Shown: positions 37,753 to 47,152 of the stretch, one piece after another
Numbering within the stretch: the stretch's first letter is position 1
Layout of the letters: the number at the start of each line of letters is the position of its first letter
Source: Gemmatimonadota bacterium
GTDB lineage: Bacteria > Gemmatimonadota > Gemmatimonadetes > Gemmatimonadales > GWC2-71-9
Reading direction: 5' to 3'
Assembly (NCBI GenBank): GCA_029862925.1
Contig: JAOTWJ010000004.1
Location: forward strand, 503 to 64,502
DNA: 64,000 nt
Position numbers and translations under genes: made by a program
Notes under the pieces: model-generated
What the model was told of the DNA's origin: nothing
The model's database searches: none
What the model saw: the letters and a program-made list of their open reading frames with translations, nothing else

Positions 37753-38405
37753 CGCCGTCCCCCCACCCCGGGCATCTCCATCGGGGTCTCCGTAATGGAG
37801 GACTTCGCGTCCTTCCCGTGCTTGACCAGCACCATCTCGCCGCGGCCCTCCCAGATCAGCTTCACGAGCCCGAACGGGATGTCCGTCGAGACCCACCCCT
37901 CGCCCTGCCCGCCCGCCGTCGTGCGGAAGTGCACGGTCGCCAGCTTGCCCGCCGGAACCTCGATGGTCTCGCGACCCACGATCTGCGCCTCCGTGCACTG
38001 CTTGAGGGCGTCGCCCATGGACGACCCCGGGTTGCGCATCCGTTGCTGCATCATCGAGAGCATCGACTTGGGCATCTTCATCGCCGGCTGGTCGCCTGCC
38101 TTCATGACCATCGCCTCGATGTCCGCCTGCTCGTAGGGGAAGCCCGTCACGAGCACCTGGCTGATCACCGTCCCCTGCGGGGACGCCATCTTCATCTCGT
38201 GCCAGTAGTGGTCCTTCCCGTTGACGGCTTCCTTGCCCACGATGGCGAACCGCAGGTCCATCGTCCCCTCCGGCGCCGTCATGCGGTATTCGGCCCACTG
38301 GCCCACGGTCACGTGACCGATCATCTCGCACAGCTCCGCCGCGGTCTGTGCGGGGAGCGACGTGGCGCCGGTCATGAAGGCGACGAGGATGAGTAACATT
38401 CGCAT
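37749..38405 (-). CDS. Secreted hypothetical protein
   Basis: GGAG RBS; signal peptide ending LPA-Q; VGQWAEY; E.I.VPAG......F; W.S..IPFGLVK. Confidence 0.75.
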   Translation of the reverse strand: MRMLLILVAFMTGATSLPAQTAAELCEMIGHVTVGQWAEYRMTAPEGTMDLRFAIVGKEAVNGKDHYWHEMKMASPQGTVISQVLVTGFPYEQADIEAMVMKAGDQPAMKMPKSMLSMMQQRMRNPGSSMGDALKQCTEAQIVGRETIEVPAGKLATVHFRTTAGGQGEGWVSTDIPFGLVKLIWEGRGEMVLVKHGKDAKSSITETPMEMPGVGGRR

Positions 38406-38541
38406 CGGAAGATCTCCTTCGACAAAAGCTGGGGTCGAATCGTGCCGGGCGGGCGTCCGGGTCAATGGTCCCGGCATCGCTGCCGGGAACCTATACCGCC
38501 GCTACCCGCGAACGCAAAGCCTCGCCGCCGCCTGCCTCCCG

Positions 38542-39522
38542 CTACGGCCGCGTGGCCAGCGGCAGAAACCGCTTGGGAAACTTCGCCACGACCGTGTACG
38601 CGGGATCGACGACGTTGGCCACCGTGCTTTCCACCACCTGGCCGAGGACCGCGTAGGCGTCCCACCGGTCGAACCCGTAGTCCTGCTCCAGCCACTCGAC
38701 AAGCTCGACATGAGCGAGCCGGAACGCGTCGATCAGGGGACGGGCACTCCCCGCCACCATGATGTAGCGGTCGTTCTCCAACCGGGGCCAGTCGATGGTC
38801 CGCCCCCGCAGGAGATCGATTCGCAGCACGACGTCCATGCTGGTCTCGAGACCGGTGCCGGCGACTTCACCGTGTCCCTGGCGTGCGTGGCCGTCGCCGA
38901 AATAGAAGTACGCCCCGTCGTGAAAGATCGGCAGATAGACCGTCGTCCCCTCACGAATCTCGGGCGCATCCATGTTTCCGCCAAAGTCGCCGGGCCAGAG
39001 ACCGCCAAACGCTTCCGCGCCGCGCGGGGCCACCGCCACCCGTCCCAGCATGGGCTGGAGATCGATCTCGATCCGCCGTGCCCGGCTGTTCGGCAGCTCG
39101 GTGGTGGCGGTCATGCGGTCCCGATCCAGCCGCCACACATACCGCCGGGTCGGGATCGGGTCGTTGAGCAAGCGGACGCGCGCGTCAGCGGACAGGCCGC
39201 CGAATTCCGGACGGACCCGCGACGCCGCGAGAGGGTAGTTGGGACGAATCCGCAGAATCTCGACGACCAGGACGTCGCTCGTCGTTGCGCCCTCGACGAG
39301 GATCGGCCCCACCTCCCCGGGGAAAGCCCCGCCTTCCTCGGTGTAGTAAGCACCGAAGTTCGTCTGGGAGATGAGCACGGTGTTGGGACGGATTCGGAGC
39401 ACCGGCTCGCGGACAGCAAACGTCGGCTGCTGGATCGTGGGTGTGAATCGCACCGTGTCCTGGGCGTGAAGCGGCACGAACGGGCAGGTCGTGGCGAGCA
39501 GCGTGGCGCCGAGTAGTCGCAT
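38542..39522 (-). CDS. Acetamidase/formamidase family protein, secreted
   Basis: GPI.VEGA...D.L.V.I, PMLG.V.VAP, FGGNMD, GDGHA.QG.GE..G.GLE; signal peptide ending LHA-Q. Confidence 0.88.
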   Translation of the reverse strand: MRLLGATLLATTCPFVPLHAQDTVRFTPTIQQPTFAVREPVLRIRPNTVLISQTNFGAYYTEEGGAFPGEVGPILVEGATTSDVLVVEILRIRPNYPLAASRVRPEFGGLSADARVRLLNDPIPTRRYVWRLDRDRMTATTELPNSRARRIEIDLQPMLGRVAVAPRGAEAFGGLWPGDFGGNMDAPEIREGTTVYLPIFHDGAYFYFGDGHARQGHGEVAGTGLETSMDVVLRIDLLRGRTIDWPRLENDRYIMVAGSARPLIDAFRLAHVELVEWLEQDYGFDRWDAYAVLGQVVESTVANVVDPAYTVVAKFPKRFLPLATRP

Positions 39523-39675
39523 CGAGACCTCTGGAAAGGCGGCGTGGCAAATATGCGGAACCGTCTCGGCCCTGTCACGTACAGCGTGGACCTGCGCGTG
39601 CGGTCCGGGCCCGCGTTCGTTACCTTTCAAGGGTGCGGGTTCACATCGGACCCCTACCCACTTCCCGAGGTTCCC

Positions 39676-40710
39676 GTGGACACGTCGTCGATTCCGGACG
39701 CGCGCACGTTGGCCGCGATCCTCAGTCAGTACCGCACGCCTTCCTTCGGGCGCAGCCTGACCCAGCTGCTGACCTCCGCGATCCCGTTTGCCCTCGTCTG
39801 GATCGCCGCCTTGCTCGCGCTGCGGGTCGGCTTCTGGCTCACGCTGCTGCTCGCCGTGCTCGCGGCGGGCTTCATGCTGCGGCTGTTCATGATCCAGCAT
39901 GATTGCGGACATGGGGCGTTCTTCCGCTCGCAGCGACTGAACGACCTCGTGGGCGGGGTGCTCGGTGTGCTCACGCTCGTGCCCTACCGCTACTGGCGGA
40001 AGACGCACGCCATCCATCACAAGACCTCAGGCGATCTCGATTACCGCACGTTCGGCGACATCAGTACCCTGACCGTCGCCGAGTACCGGGCGCTCCCACC
40101 GCTCAAGCGGATAGGCTATCGGCTGTACCGCCACCCGTTCGTGCTGCTCGTGATCGGCCCGATCTGGCAGTTCATGCTCAAGCACCGCCTGCCGCTGGAT
40201 CTGCCGTGGTCGTGGAAGCGGGAATGGACCAGTGTGCTGCTGACCAACCTCGGGATTCTCGCGCTCGTGGTGGTGGCCTGGCAGGCCGTCGGGCTCACGA
40301 ACTTCCTGCTCGTGCAGCTGCCCATTTCGCTCATCGCGGGCTCGATGGGCGTGTTTCTCTTCTACGTCCAGCACCAGTTCGAGGATACGTACTGGCGCGA
40401 GCACCCCGAGTGGGACTTCCACGCGGCGGGACTCGCCGGCAGCTCCTATCTGGTCCTGCCCAAGGTGCTGCAGTGGTTCACGGCGAACATCGGGCTCCAT
40501 CACATCCATCACGTCAACAGCCGGATTCCCAATTACCGGCTGCCCGAGTGCTATGCCGAGCAACCCGTGTTTCGGCATGTCACGCGCATCACGCTCTGGG
40601 ACGGGATCAAGACCTTGCGGCTCGGCCTCTGGGACCAGGAAGCCGGGAAGCTGGTGAGTTTCCGCGAGGCACGGGCGCGGCGCGGGTTGGACGAACGCGT
40701 GCGGGCCTAG
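39676..40710 (+). CDS. Membrane fatty acid desaturase (Bacillus Des-like)
   Basis: His boxes QHDCGH, HAIHH and HHIHH, plus VQHQFE; GAGG RBS before GTG 39676. Confidence 0.93.
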   Translation: MDTSSIPDARTLAAILSQYRTPSFGRSLTQLLTSAIPFALVWIAALLALRVGFWLTLLLAVLAAGFMLRLFMIQHDCGHGAFFRSQRLNDLVGGVLGVLTLVPYRYWRKTHAIHHKTSGDLDYRTFGDISTLTVAEYRALPPLKRIGYRLYRHPFVLLVIGPIWQFMLKHRLPLDLPWSWKREWTSVLLTNLGILALVVVAWQAVGLTNFLLVQLPISLIAGSMGVFLFYVQHQFEDTYWREHPEWDFHAAGLAGSSYLVLPKVLQWFTANIGLHHIHHVNSRIPNYRLPECYAEQPVFRHVTRITLWDGIKTLRLGLWDQEAGKLVSFREARARRGLDERVRA

Positions 40711-40755
40711 CGGCCACGCGAGTCGTGCCGGGTCCTAGAAAACCCCTCCCGGACC

Positions 40756-40771
40756 GGGTACCTTTCATGCA
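40756..40771 (+). promoter_or_regulatory. Candidate sigma54 -24/-12 promoter
   Basis: GGGTAC-CTTTC-ATGCA (GG-N10-GC) about 115 nt upstream of 40886. Confidence 0.45.
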
Positions 40772-40885
40772 GCGGTGCGCCATCGTGGCGCGCCCGACAC
40801 GTGCGACGCGAGGGCGGGACCCGGCGCCTGGTGCGCGAGTTCCGCCCTTCTCGCTCCGGCTTGCCGAATCAAAGGAGGATCGCAC

Positions 40886-41581
40886 GTGACCGCGAAGCGT
40901 TCCAACCCGCCGCCCGCCACTGTTGCCGACCTGCTCCAGCGTCGTCTCAAGGAGCTCAAACGCTCCCCGACCGAGCTGGCGGCGGCGGCGCAGGTACCCG
41001 AGCCCTACATCCTGGATCTCCTGGCCGGCCGCCGTCAGCCGCCCCTGCCGGGCCGCACCGATCTCTACGACCGGATGACGCGGTTTCTCCGGCTTGCCCG
41101 CAACCAGCTGGCGAACTGCGCCTCGGCCGAACGGGCGACCACGGCGGCGGCGGACGCGCGGGGCCCCCGCGCACCTGTCGCCCGCGCCCTGCTCGCCCTC
41201 TGCGAACCGGCGACGGCGCAGGAGCTCGAGCGCCGCCGTGCCAAGGACGGTAACGCGGAGTTGGCCGACCTCACGCAGCGTCTGCTCGACATCTCCCAGG
41301 GAGCGGTGCGACGCGTGCTCGAGGACCCGGTGGGCCTCCGGATCGCGGCGTCACAGCAGCGCAAGACGTACGAGGCGATGCGCCTCAAGGTGCTGGAGTT
41401 CCTGGACGTCACGCCCGCGACCCTCACGGCCGGCGATCTCGCCGAGTTCATTCAGCCCCGCGTCGCGCTGTGGGACGTGGATCTGCAGTCGGGGGTTCTG
41501 CGCGTCGTCTTGCAGGGACAGGAACCGCGCGGACGCAACCGCCGCTCGGCAAACACGCGGTCGGCGTTTCCCACACACTAG
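40886..41581 (+). CDS. Hypothetical protein with N-terminal XRE-like helix-turn-helix
   Basis: AAAGGAGG RBS; LLQRRLKELKRSPTELAAAAQVPEPYILDLLAGRRQPP. Confidence 0.7.
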   Translation: MTAKRSNPPPATVADLLQRRLKELKRSPTELAAAAQVPEPYILDLLAGRRQPPLPGRTDLYDRMTRFLRLARNQLANCASAERATTAAADARGPRAPVARALLALCEPATAQELERRRAKDGNAELADLTQRLLDISQGAVRRVLEDPVGLRIAASQQRKTYEAMRLKVLEFLDVTPATLTAGDLAEFIQPRVALWDVDLQSGVLRVVLQGQEPRGRNRRSANTRSAFPTH

Positions 41582-41628
41582 CACCCTACGCGCTGGCGAT
41601 CACGACGGAGCGGCACGATCTTCCTCGC

Positions 41629-43152
41629 GTGACGACTCCGTCCCTCCCACTCACCATTGGACCCGCGGGCACGTTCGCCCGCGTGGTCGATCATCTCCGG
41701 GCCCGCGGCTACGACGAGCTGACGGTCAGCAAGGCGCTCGGGATCCCGTCGATCTTCGCGTTCGGGTCCGTGCGGCCGGAGACGCTCACCTTGCCCACGG
41801 CCGCCGACGACCCGCTGGCCTTCCTGATTCGGACGTTCCTCTTGGTCGAGCGCATCTCGGGCGACGCCGTGCGCGCGCAGCTCGACGTGCCCGTCCGGGC
41901 GGCATTCGAACAGCTCGGTCTGCTGCGGCCCGATGCGACCGGCGATTCCTTTACGGCTCCGGTTCTCCTCTATCCGGTGAGCGAGTTCTGGATCGCGTCC
42001 GATGTCCACCACAACCCGGACGACTCCCCGTACACGCCCCCCCCGGACGCGGTGTTCCCCGCCATCTTCCCCGGGAACTTGCGGTTTCTCCGGCTGCTGC
42101 CGCAGGGCACCTACGAGGCAGCGCTCGACCTCGGAGGGGGAACGGGGATCGGGGCGCTCGTGCTGAGTCGGCGGGTGCGGCATGCCGTCTCCGCCGACAT
42201 CACGGCGCGCGCGACGCATTTCGCACAGTTCAATCGGATGCTCAACGCGTGTGCCAACCTCGAAATCGCCCGGGGCGATCTGTACGACGCGGTCCCCGGG
42301 CGCACGTTCGACTGCATCGTGACTCATCCACCGTACATGCCGTCCCCCGACGACACCTGGATCTTCCGCGACGGCGGACCCACCGGTGAGCGCCTCGCGC
42401 AGCGGATCATCGCGGACTTGCCGGCGGCCCTTCGCCCGGGAGGCATCTTCTGCGCGGTCTGCGCCGCCTGGGACACCGATGAGGCCCCACTGGAAGACCG
42501 GGTGCGCGGCTGGCTGGGCGAACGGGCCGACGAATTCGAGCTGCTCCTGGGGGTGGAAACCGAGATGGCGCCAGCCGAGCTGGCGCGCATGCTCGCGAAG
42601 CCGGAGCACGGGCCGGGCCGGGGCACGGTCGCCGAGTGGGAAACGCGATTCCGGGAATGGAAGCTCGAGCGGCACGTGTACGGCGCCCTGGTACTGGCAC
42701 GTCGCGACGGGCCGGGGGACCCTGTGACCCTGCGGACCTGGCTGGGGACGAGCACGACGGGCGCGGACCTCGAGCGGGAGATCGCCGCGCTCCGCTGGCG
42801 GGCGGCCCGCCGGGCCGCCGGCACCTTGAGCAGCATTCTCGACGCGCTGCAGCCGCGTCTCGCCGACGCACTCGAAGTGCACGTCACGTACGTGAAGGGC
42901 GAGAGCGGCTTGGCACCGTCGGAGGCGATCCTCGCGACATCGGAACCGTTCCGCAGCCGCACGCGCATCGAGCCATGGATGCTGTCATTGCTGTCGGCGA
43001 TCGACGGCGACCGCACTCCGGCCGCCATTCACGCCGACCTGCATGCCAAAGGGGTGCTCCCCGACGGCTTCAGCCCCGCCGACCTGCGGACGTTCGTCGA
43101 GTTGATGCTGGAACGCGGCTACCTCGAGACGATCGCGCCGCCGACTCCGTAG
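41629..43152 (+). CDS. Class I SAM-dependent methyltransferase (HemK/MTS-like) with N- and C-terminal extensions
   Basis: LDLGGGTG, DITARA, GDLY..V....FDCIVTHPPY, FRDGG; C-terminal IDG.RT...I...L...GYL winged-helix/PqqD-like pattern. Confidence 0.8.
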   Translation: MTTPSLPLTIGPAGTFARVVDHLRARGYDELTVSKALGIPSIFAFGSVRPETLTLPTAADDPLAFLIRTFLLVERISGDAVRAQLDVPVRAAFEQLGLLRPDATGDSFTAPVLLYPVSEFWIASDVHHNPDDSPYTPPPDAVFPAIFPGNLRFLRLLPQGTYEAALDLGGGTGIGALVLSRRVRHAVSADITARATHFAQFNRMLNACANLEIARGDLYDAVPGRTFDCIVTHPPYMPSPDDTWIFRDGGPTGERLAQRIIADLPAALRPGGIFCAVCAAWDTDEAPLEDRVRGWLGERADEFELLLGVETEMAPAELARMLAKPEHGPGRGTVAEWETRFREWKLERHVYGALVLARRDGPGDPVTLRTWLGTSTTGADLEREIAALRWRAARRAAGTLSSILDALQPRLADALEVHVTYVKGESGLAPSEAILATSEPFRSRTRIEPWMLSLLSAIDGDRTPAAIHADLHAKGVLPDGFSPADLRTFVELMLERGYLETIAPPTP

Positions 43153-43168
43153 CGAACCCCCGCCGGCG

Positions 43169-43546
43169 TCACGCGTCCCCGCGTCCCGGCGCTCCGAACA
43201 GGAGCTTGGCCAACCAGGCCCCCACCACCACCCCGGCCGCGCCAGCGGCGAGATCCGCCGCGTCGCCGGATCGGTACGGCAGCAGGCTCTGCACCAGCTC
43301 GATCAGCGCCGCGAGCACCACCCCCGCCGCCACCACTGGCAGCAGCCCCGGCCGCCCGGCAGCTCGCAGATCCCAGTACGTGAGAAAGCCCAGCCCGAGA
43401 AAAAGCGCCACGTGCACCAGCTTGTCGAACCCGCCCGGGACGTAGGTCGGCGTGTCCGGCACCGGAACGAACATCACGGCCAGCAGGCCGAGCGTGTACA
43501 CGGCGAGGACCAGGTGCCCGATGCGGCGCGGAATCGTCGGCCTCAC
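43169..43546 (-). CDS. VanZ-like family membrane protein
   Basis: DKLVH..LF..L, IELVQ..LPYRSGD..D; start uncertain. Confidence 0.8.
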   Translation of the reverse strand: MRPTIPRRIGHLVLAVYTLGLLAVMFVPVPDTPTYVPGGFDKLVHVALFLGLGFLTYWDLRAAGRPGLLPVVAAGVVLAALIELVQSLLPYRSGDAADLAAGAAGVVVGAWLAKLLFGAPGRGDA

Positions 43547-43707
43547 CCCACGAGCGGCAAACGGCAGCCGAGCAGTCGTCTCGTCATGCACCCAAGTTGC
43601 CCGGTCCGTCGCCCGTTCACCACCGTTCCGCGGCTTGTGTGCCCGGTCACGGTGGACGCCGGGGGCCCCACGCATTCTTCTTTGGTCGTCACCCCAGGGT
43701 GTGGCAC

Positions 43708-44085
43708 ATGTCGCACATGACGAGGTCGTTTGAGCTGGGCACCGCGCTGCTCGTGCTGGTCGCGCTCGGAAGCACCCCAGTCTGGGCGCAGGGCCGCGGG
43801 GATAAAGGGAAGGGACACGAGGACGGCAAGTCCAAGGTCACCGTCGAGGTCGCGGTGACGGCGGCGAAGGACGTGCTGCTGAAGCAGGGGTTCGAGGTCG
43901 TCCGCGTCGAAGCGAACCCCGATCACCACATTATCTACTACCGCGCCGGCAACCAGGGGCGCGGCAAGGGCCACGGTCCGCCGGTTCGCATGATCGTGCG
44001 GCGCGTGGACGATCGAGTCGTGCTCGAGGAAGCGCCCGACGGGCTGCGCCTCGAAATCGGCGTGAAGCTCGGCATCAAGCTGTAG
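43708..44085 (+). CDS. Secreted hypothetical protein
   Basis: Signal peptide ending VWA-Q; QGRG.KGKGH and QGRGKGHGPP motifs; followed by a terminator. Confidence 0.7.
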   Translation: MSHMTRSFELGTALLVLVALGSTPVWAQGRGDKGKGHEDGKSKVTVEVAVTAAKDVLLKQGFEVVRVEANPDHHIIYYRAGNQGRGKGHGPPVRMIVRRVDDRVVLEEAPDGLRLEIGVKLGIKL

Positions 44086-44111
44086 GGCTCGCTCACCGTT
44101 CCGGATCACGC

Positions 44112-44150
44112 CAGCGGACGGCCGCACCAGTGTGCGGCCGTCCGCTGTTG
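44112..44150 (+). terminator. Intrinsic terminator
   Basis: Perfect 16-bp stem CAGCGGACGGCCGCAC-CAGT-GTGCGGCCGTCCGCTG, then TTG. Confidence 0.7.
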
Positions 44151-44276
44151 TGATCATGCCGCACTCGGGTCCAACCGCACCATCTCACCGACCGCGGGTC
44201 TGCCCCGGAAGCGCCGAGGGCGTCGGAACGGAACCTGCGGCGTTCCGGGCAGCTTGCCATCGTCCGGAGACCGAAC

Positions 44277-44558
44277 ATGGCCGACAAGGACCCCCCCGTT
44301 CGCACCACTGCGCGCGTGGGCCGCGCGCCGATGCTGACGCTCACCCTCCAGCGCGTCGAGCGCACGACGGGCAGATTCGTGGACGATGCCGGCGGTGAGA
44401 TCGCCGTGCCGCTCGCCCGCCTGCCCGGCGATCGCGCGTGGGGTGCCGGTGACGTCATTCGGGTCCCGCTCGACGAGGCCCAGCGGCCGCGTTGGACGGC
44501 GGCGGCGCTGGACGAAGCGGAGACTGCGCGACGGCGACCGACTCCCCCTCCCCCCTAG
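44277..44558 (+). CDS. DUF3006-like small protein
   Basis: GGAG RBS; RVE...G.EI.VP...LP......GDVI...LDEAET.RRR pattern. Confidence 0.5.
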   Translation: MADKDPPVRTTARVGRAPMLTLTLQRVERTTGRFVDDAGGEIAVPLARLPGDRAWGAGDVIRVPLDEAQRPRWTAAALDEAETARRRPTPPPP

Positions 44559-44562
44559 GGGA

Positions 44563-45099
44563 CTACGTCCCGGCCGGGCGCGCCTGCGCCGACGCGCGAT
44601 ACTCGCTCTCCGACAGCGGCTCGTGCCCGACGAACTGGTCGATCGTGACCGAGCCCGTGGGGAGCGGATCGCCCTGCGGCCAGAGATGGAAGATGATCCC
44701 GTCGGTCGTCGCGACAAGGTCGGCCACCTTCTTCGCTTCGACTTCCGGCATGTCCAGAACTTTCACCCGTCCGGTGGCGATCTCCACCAAGTGATCGTGG
44801 AAATCGGCGTTCCAGAGCCGGCGCGACACCTGCGGCCGGGTGAGGGACTTGGCCTCGACGTACTCGATGCCGTGCAGGTGCGCGTTCGGCTCCATGGTGT
44901 CGTACAACAGGCACATGATGATGGGATCCTCGGCGATCGGCTTGCAGAAACGGTGCACCCGTCCGATCTCCCGACCCTGATACATGTGCGGGGCGGTGAC
45001 GTGGATCGAGTAGCCGTCCGCGGGGGTGGGCTTCGACCCCATCTGCTGGGCGACCGCCGGCCCGGCGGCGAGCGGCATGGCCACGAGCGCCGCGGCCAA
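44563..45099 (-). CDS. DUF1264 (OBAP-like) domain protein, probably exported
   Basis: H.FCK......MCLLYD...PNA.L.GIEY; H.H..EI..G; T.G.IFHLW; signal ending AVA-Q. Only TTG/CTG starts precede the signal peptide. Confidence 0.7.
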   Translation of the reverse strand: MAAALVAMPLAAGPAVAQQMGSKPTPADGYSIHVTAPHMYQGREIGRVHRFCKPIAEDPIIMCLLYDTMEPNAHLHGIEYVEAKSLTRPQVSRRLWNADFHDHLVEIATGRVKVLDMPEVEAKKVADLVATTDGIIFHLWPQGDPLPTGSVTIDQFVGHEPLSESEYRASAQARPAGT

Positions 45100-45153
45100 G
45101 TGCGGGATCGAGCGCAGGTTCGCACTTTCGTGTTAGACGCCTCGGCGAGCGAC

Positions 45154-45756
45154 CTAGTGGTGCCCGACGATCTTCGGCGGCTTCTCACGCATCGTGTAGC
45201 CGCCGGGCGGGCACGTCACCCGCGGGTTGGTCGGGCTGAACAGCCCTTCCGGATTGTCCCTCCAGAGCCAGACATGCAGGTCGTAGTGCGTCATACTAGC
45301 CGGCATCAGGGGGTGGTGCCCTTCCATCGGTCCCCCGAACGCCTGTCCAAACAGGACGGGGCGCTCTTTGACCCCCGTGGCGAGCGGCACGAACCACTCG
45401 GCCGCGACGAGCTCGAGCTTGTCCCCCTTTGGTGCGTAGATCAGTACCTGGGGCTTCGTGGGATCGAGCGTCGGTCCCACCAGTGCGGGGTTGAGGAAGT
45501 GGACGCCCATGCCACCCTTGGGATACTGCATCTGCCCGTCCGTGCCCGCCTCCGGGAACTCCATGCAACCGACCGTCGAGAAGTAGCCGTCGTGGACCGC
45601 GACGACGGGATCGCGATACTTCTCCAGCGCCGCACGTACCGGAACGAGCTCCGCGGGGAGCGGGCTCTGCGCGGCTGCGGGACTTGCCACGAGGATGGCG
45701 ACCGCCAGCGCAGCGAGCGACGTGCCCGCAGCGTGGTTCCTGCGATCTCGACTCAT
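45154..45756 (-). CDS. Secreted hypothetical protein (GMGxH...LHxW...NP family)
   Basis: GGAGGGAG RBS; signal peptide; GGMGVHFLN...D..KP.VLIY...EW...YDLHVWLW..NP.G.F...NP.V.C. Confidence 0.75.
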   Translation of the reverse strand: MSRDRRNHAAGTSLAALAVAILVASPAAAQSPLPAELVPVRAALEKYRDPVVAVHDGYFSTVGCMEFPEAGTDGQMQYPKGGMGVHFLNPALVGPTLDPTKPQVLIYAPKGDKLELVAAEWFVPLATGVKERPVLFGQAFGGPMEGHHPLMPASMTHYDLHVWLWRDNPEGLFSPTNPRVTCPPGGYTMREKPPKIVGHH

Positions 45757-45955
45757 AGACTCCCTCCATCAGTTTAGTGGACGAGTCCTGCCTGCCGGCG
45801 CAGCCAGACGCGGGACTCGATGAAAGGCGAGTAGATCTATCCCCTAAGTTCCGTTTCGGCAAGACCTCCGCCAAGCCCGTCACCGGATGCACGGAGTCAC
45901 TCCCGACCCCGACTGGCGGGGCGGCGTCCGACTGTGTAGATCGGTTCCTGCCCGC

Positions 45956-47152
45956 ATGACCCTCGTGCTCAAGACCACCCCATTCCACCCGCGCACGGCG
46001 CCACTCGTGCGCGCGCAGACGTGGCGCCGCTGGGCCGGCTACCAGGTCGCCAGCGCGTACGATCCGCACCCCGACCGCGAGTACGCCGCGATCCGCAATG
46101 CGGCCGCGCTGCTCGACGTCTCGCCGCTGCGCAAATACCGGATTGCGGGACCCGACGCCGTTCGGCTGCTGGATCGTCTCGTGACGCGCGACGTCACACG
46201 CTGTGCGGTCGGGCAGGTGCTGTACACGCCGTGGTGTGACGCCCGCGGCAAGGTGCTCGACGACGGCACGCTCAGTCGTTTGGACGAGCGCACGTTTCGA
46301 CTCACCAGCGCCGAACCCAATCTTCGGTGGCTCACGATGAGCGCCGCCGGTATGGACGTGACCATCGAGGACGTCTCCGAGCACACCGCGGCGCTGGCAC
46401 TCCAGGGACCGCTCGCCCGGGCGATCCTCGCAACGGTCTCGCCCGCCGACCTGGGAGCGCTGCGCTACTTCCGCCTCCTGCACAGCACCGTGCGCGGCAT
46501 TCCCGTCACGATTTCGCGCACGGGCTATACCGGCGACCTGGGCTACGAGCTGTGGGTGGACGCCGACGGGGCGCTCCCGCTCTGGGATGCGCTCGTCGAG
46601 GCCGGCGCACCGTACGGCATCACGCCGGCCGGCATCTGGGCCCTCGACCTCGCGCGGATCGAGGCGGGGCTGGTCATGATCGACGTAGACTATTTCTCGG
46701 CTCATCACGCCCTGATCCCCGACCAGCTGTCCTCGCCGTTCGAGCTGGGCCTCGGCTGGACCGTGAGTCCGGACAAGGGACCCTTCACGGGTCGCCGGGC
46801 GCTGCGCGACGAGCGGGCGCGGGGCCGTATGTGGGCATTCGTCGGTCTCGGGATCGACTGGGACTCCCTCGAGCGCCTCTACCGACAGCGTGGTCTGCCG
46901 CCGCAGCTGCCTCCGATTGCGTGGCGGGGCAGCGCCCCAGTGCTCGTGAACGGACGGCAGGTCGGGTACGCAACGAGCGGTTGCTGGTCGCCGCTGCTCA
47001 AGCGGTACCTCGCCCTCGCGCACGTGACCGCGGCGCACGCCGAGCGCGGCACGGGCGTCGAGTTGGAGCTCACCGTGGAGCACCGCCGGCAGCGAGCCGA
47101 CGCGGTCGTCACCCCCCTCCCCTTCCTCGATCTCGAGCGGAAACGCGCATGA
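45956..47152 (+). CDS. GcvT-family aminomethyltransferase
   Basis: TTPFH, EY.AIRN.A.L.DVS, GPDA, DDG, LQGP, SRTGYTGDLGYEL, RIEAG. Confidence 0.9.
   Translation: MTLVLKTTPFHPRTAPLVRAQTWRRWAGYQVASAYDPHPDREYAAIRNAAALLDVSPLRKYRIAGPDAVRLLDRLVTRDVTRCAVGQVLYTPWCDARGKVLDDGTLSRLDERTFRLTSAEPNLRWLTMSAAGMDVTIEDVSEHTAALALQGPLARAILATVSPADLGALRYFRLLHSTVRGIPVTISRTGYTGDLGYELWVDADGALPLWDALVEAGAPYGITPAGIWALDLARIEAGLVMIDVDYFSAHHALIPDQLSSPFELGLGWTVSPDKGPFTGRRALRDERARGRMWAFVGLGIDWDSLERLYRQRGLPPQLPPIAWRGSAPVLVNGRQVGYATSGCWSPLLKRYLALAHVTAAHAERGTGVELELTVEHRRQRADAVVTPLPFLDLERKRA

Noticed and set aside
43702-43716. TGGCAC sigma54 -24 box before 43708
   Set aside because: The GG-to-GC spacing is 8 rather than 10, and it overlaps the start codon.
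45757-45955. Glycine or other riboswitch upstream of the GcvT-like operon
   Set aside because: I found no glycine-aptamer motifs (GGAGA...CCGAAG...CTCAGG), only a generic hairpin. An Rfam cmscan would settle it.
46327-47148. Apparent N-terminal extension or fusion in the 802-aa ORF
   Set aside because: It overlaps the GcvT-like gene in another frame; ATG 47149 with an ATGA overlap is the real start. The extensions at 6937-8352, 24209, 21635 and 38542-40020 were trimmed for similar reasons.
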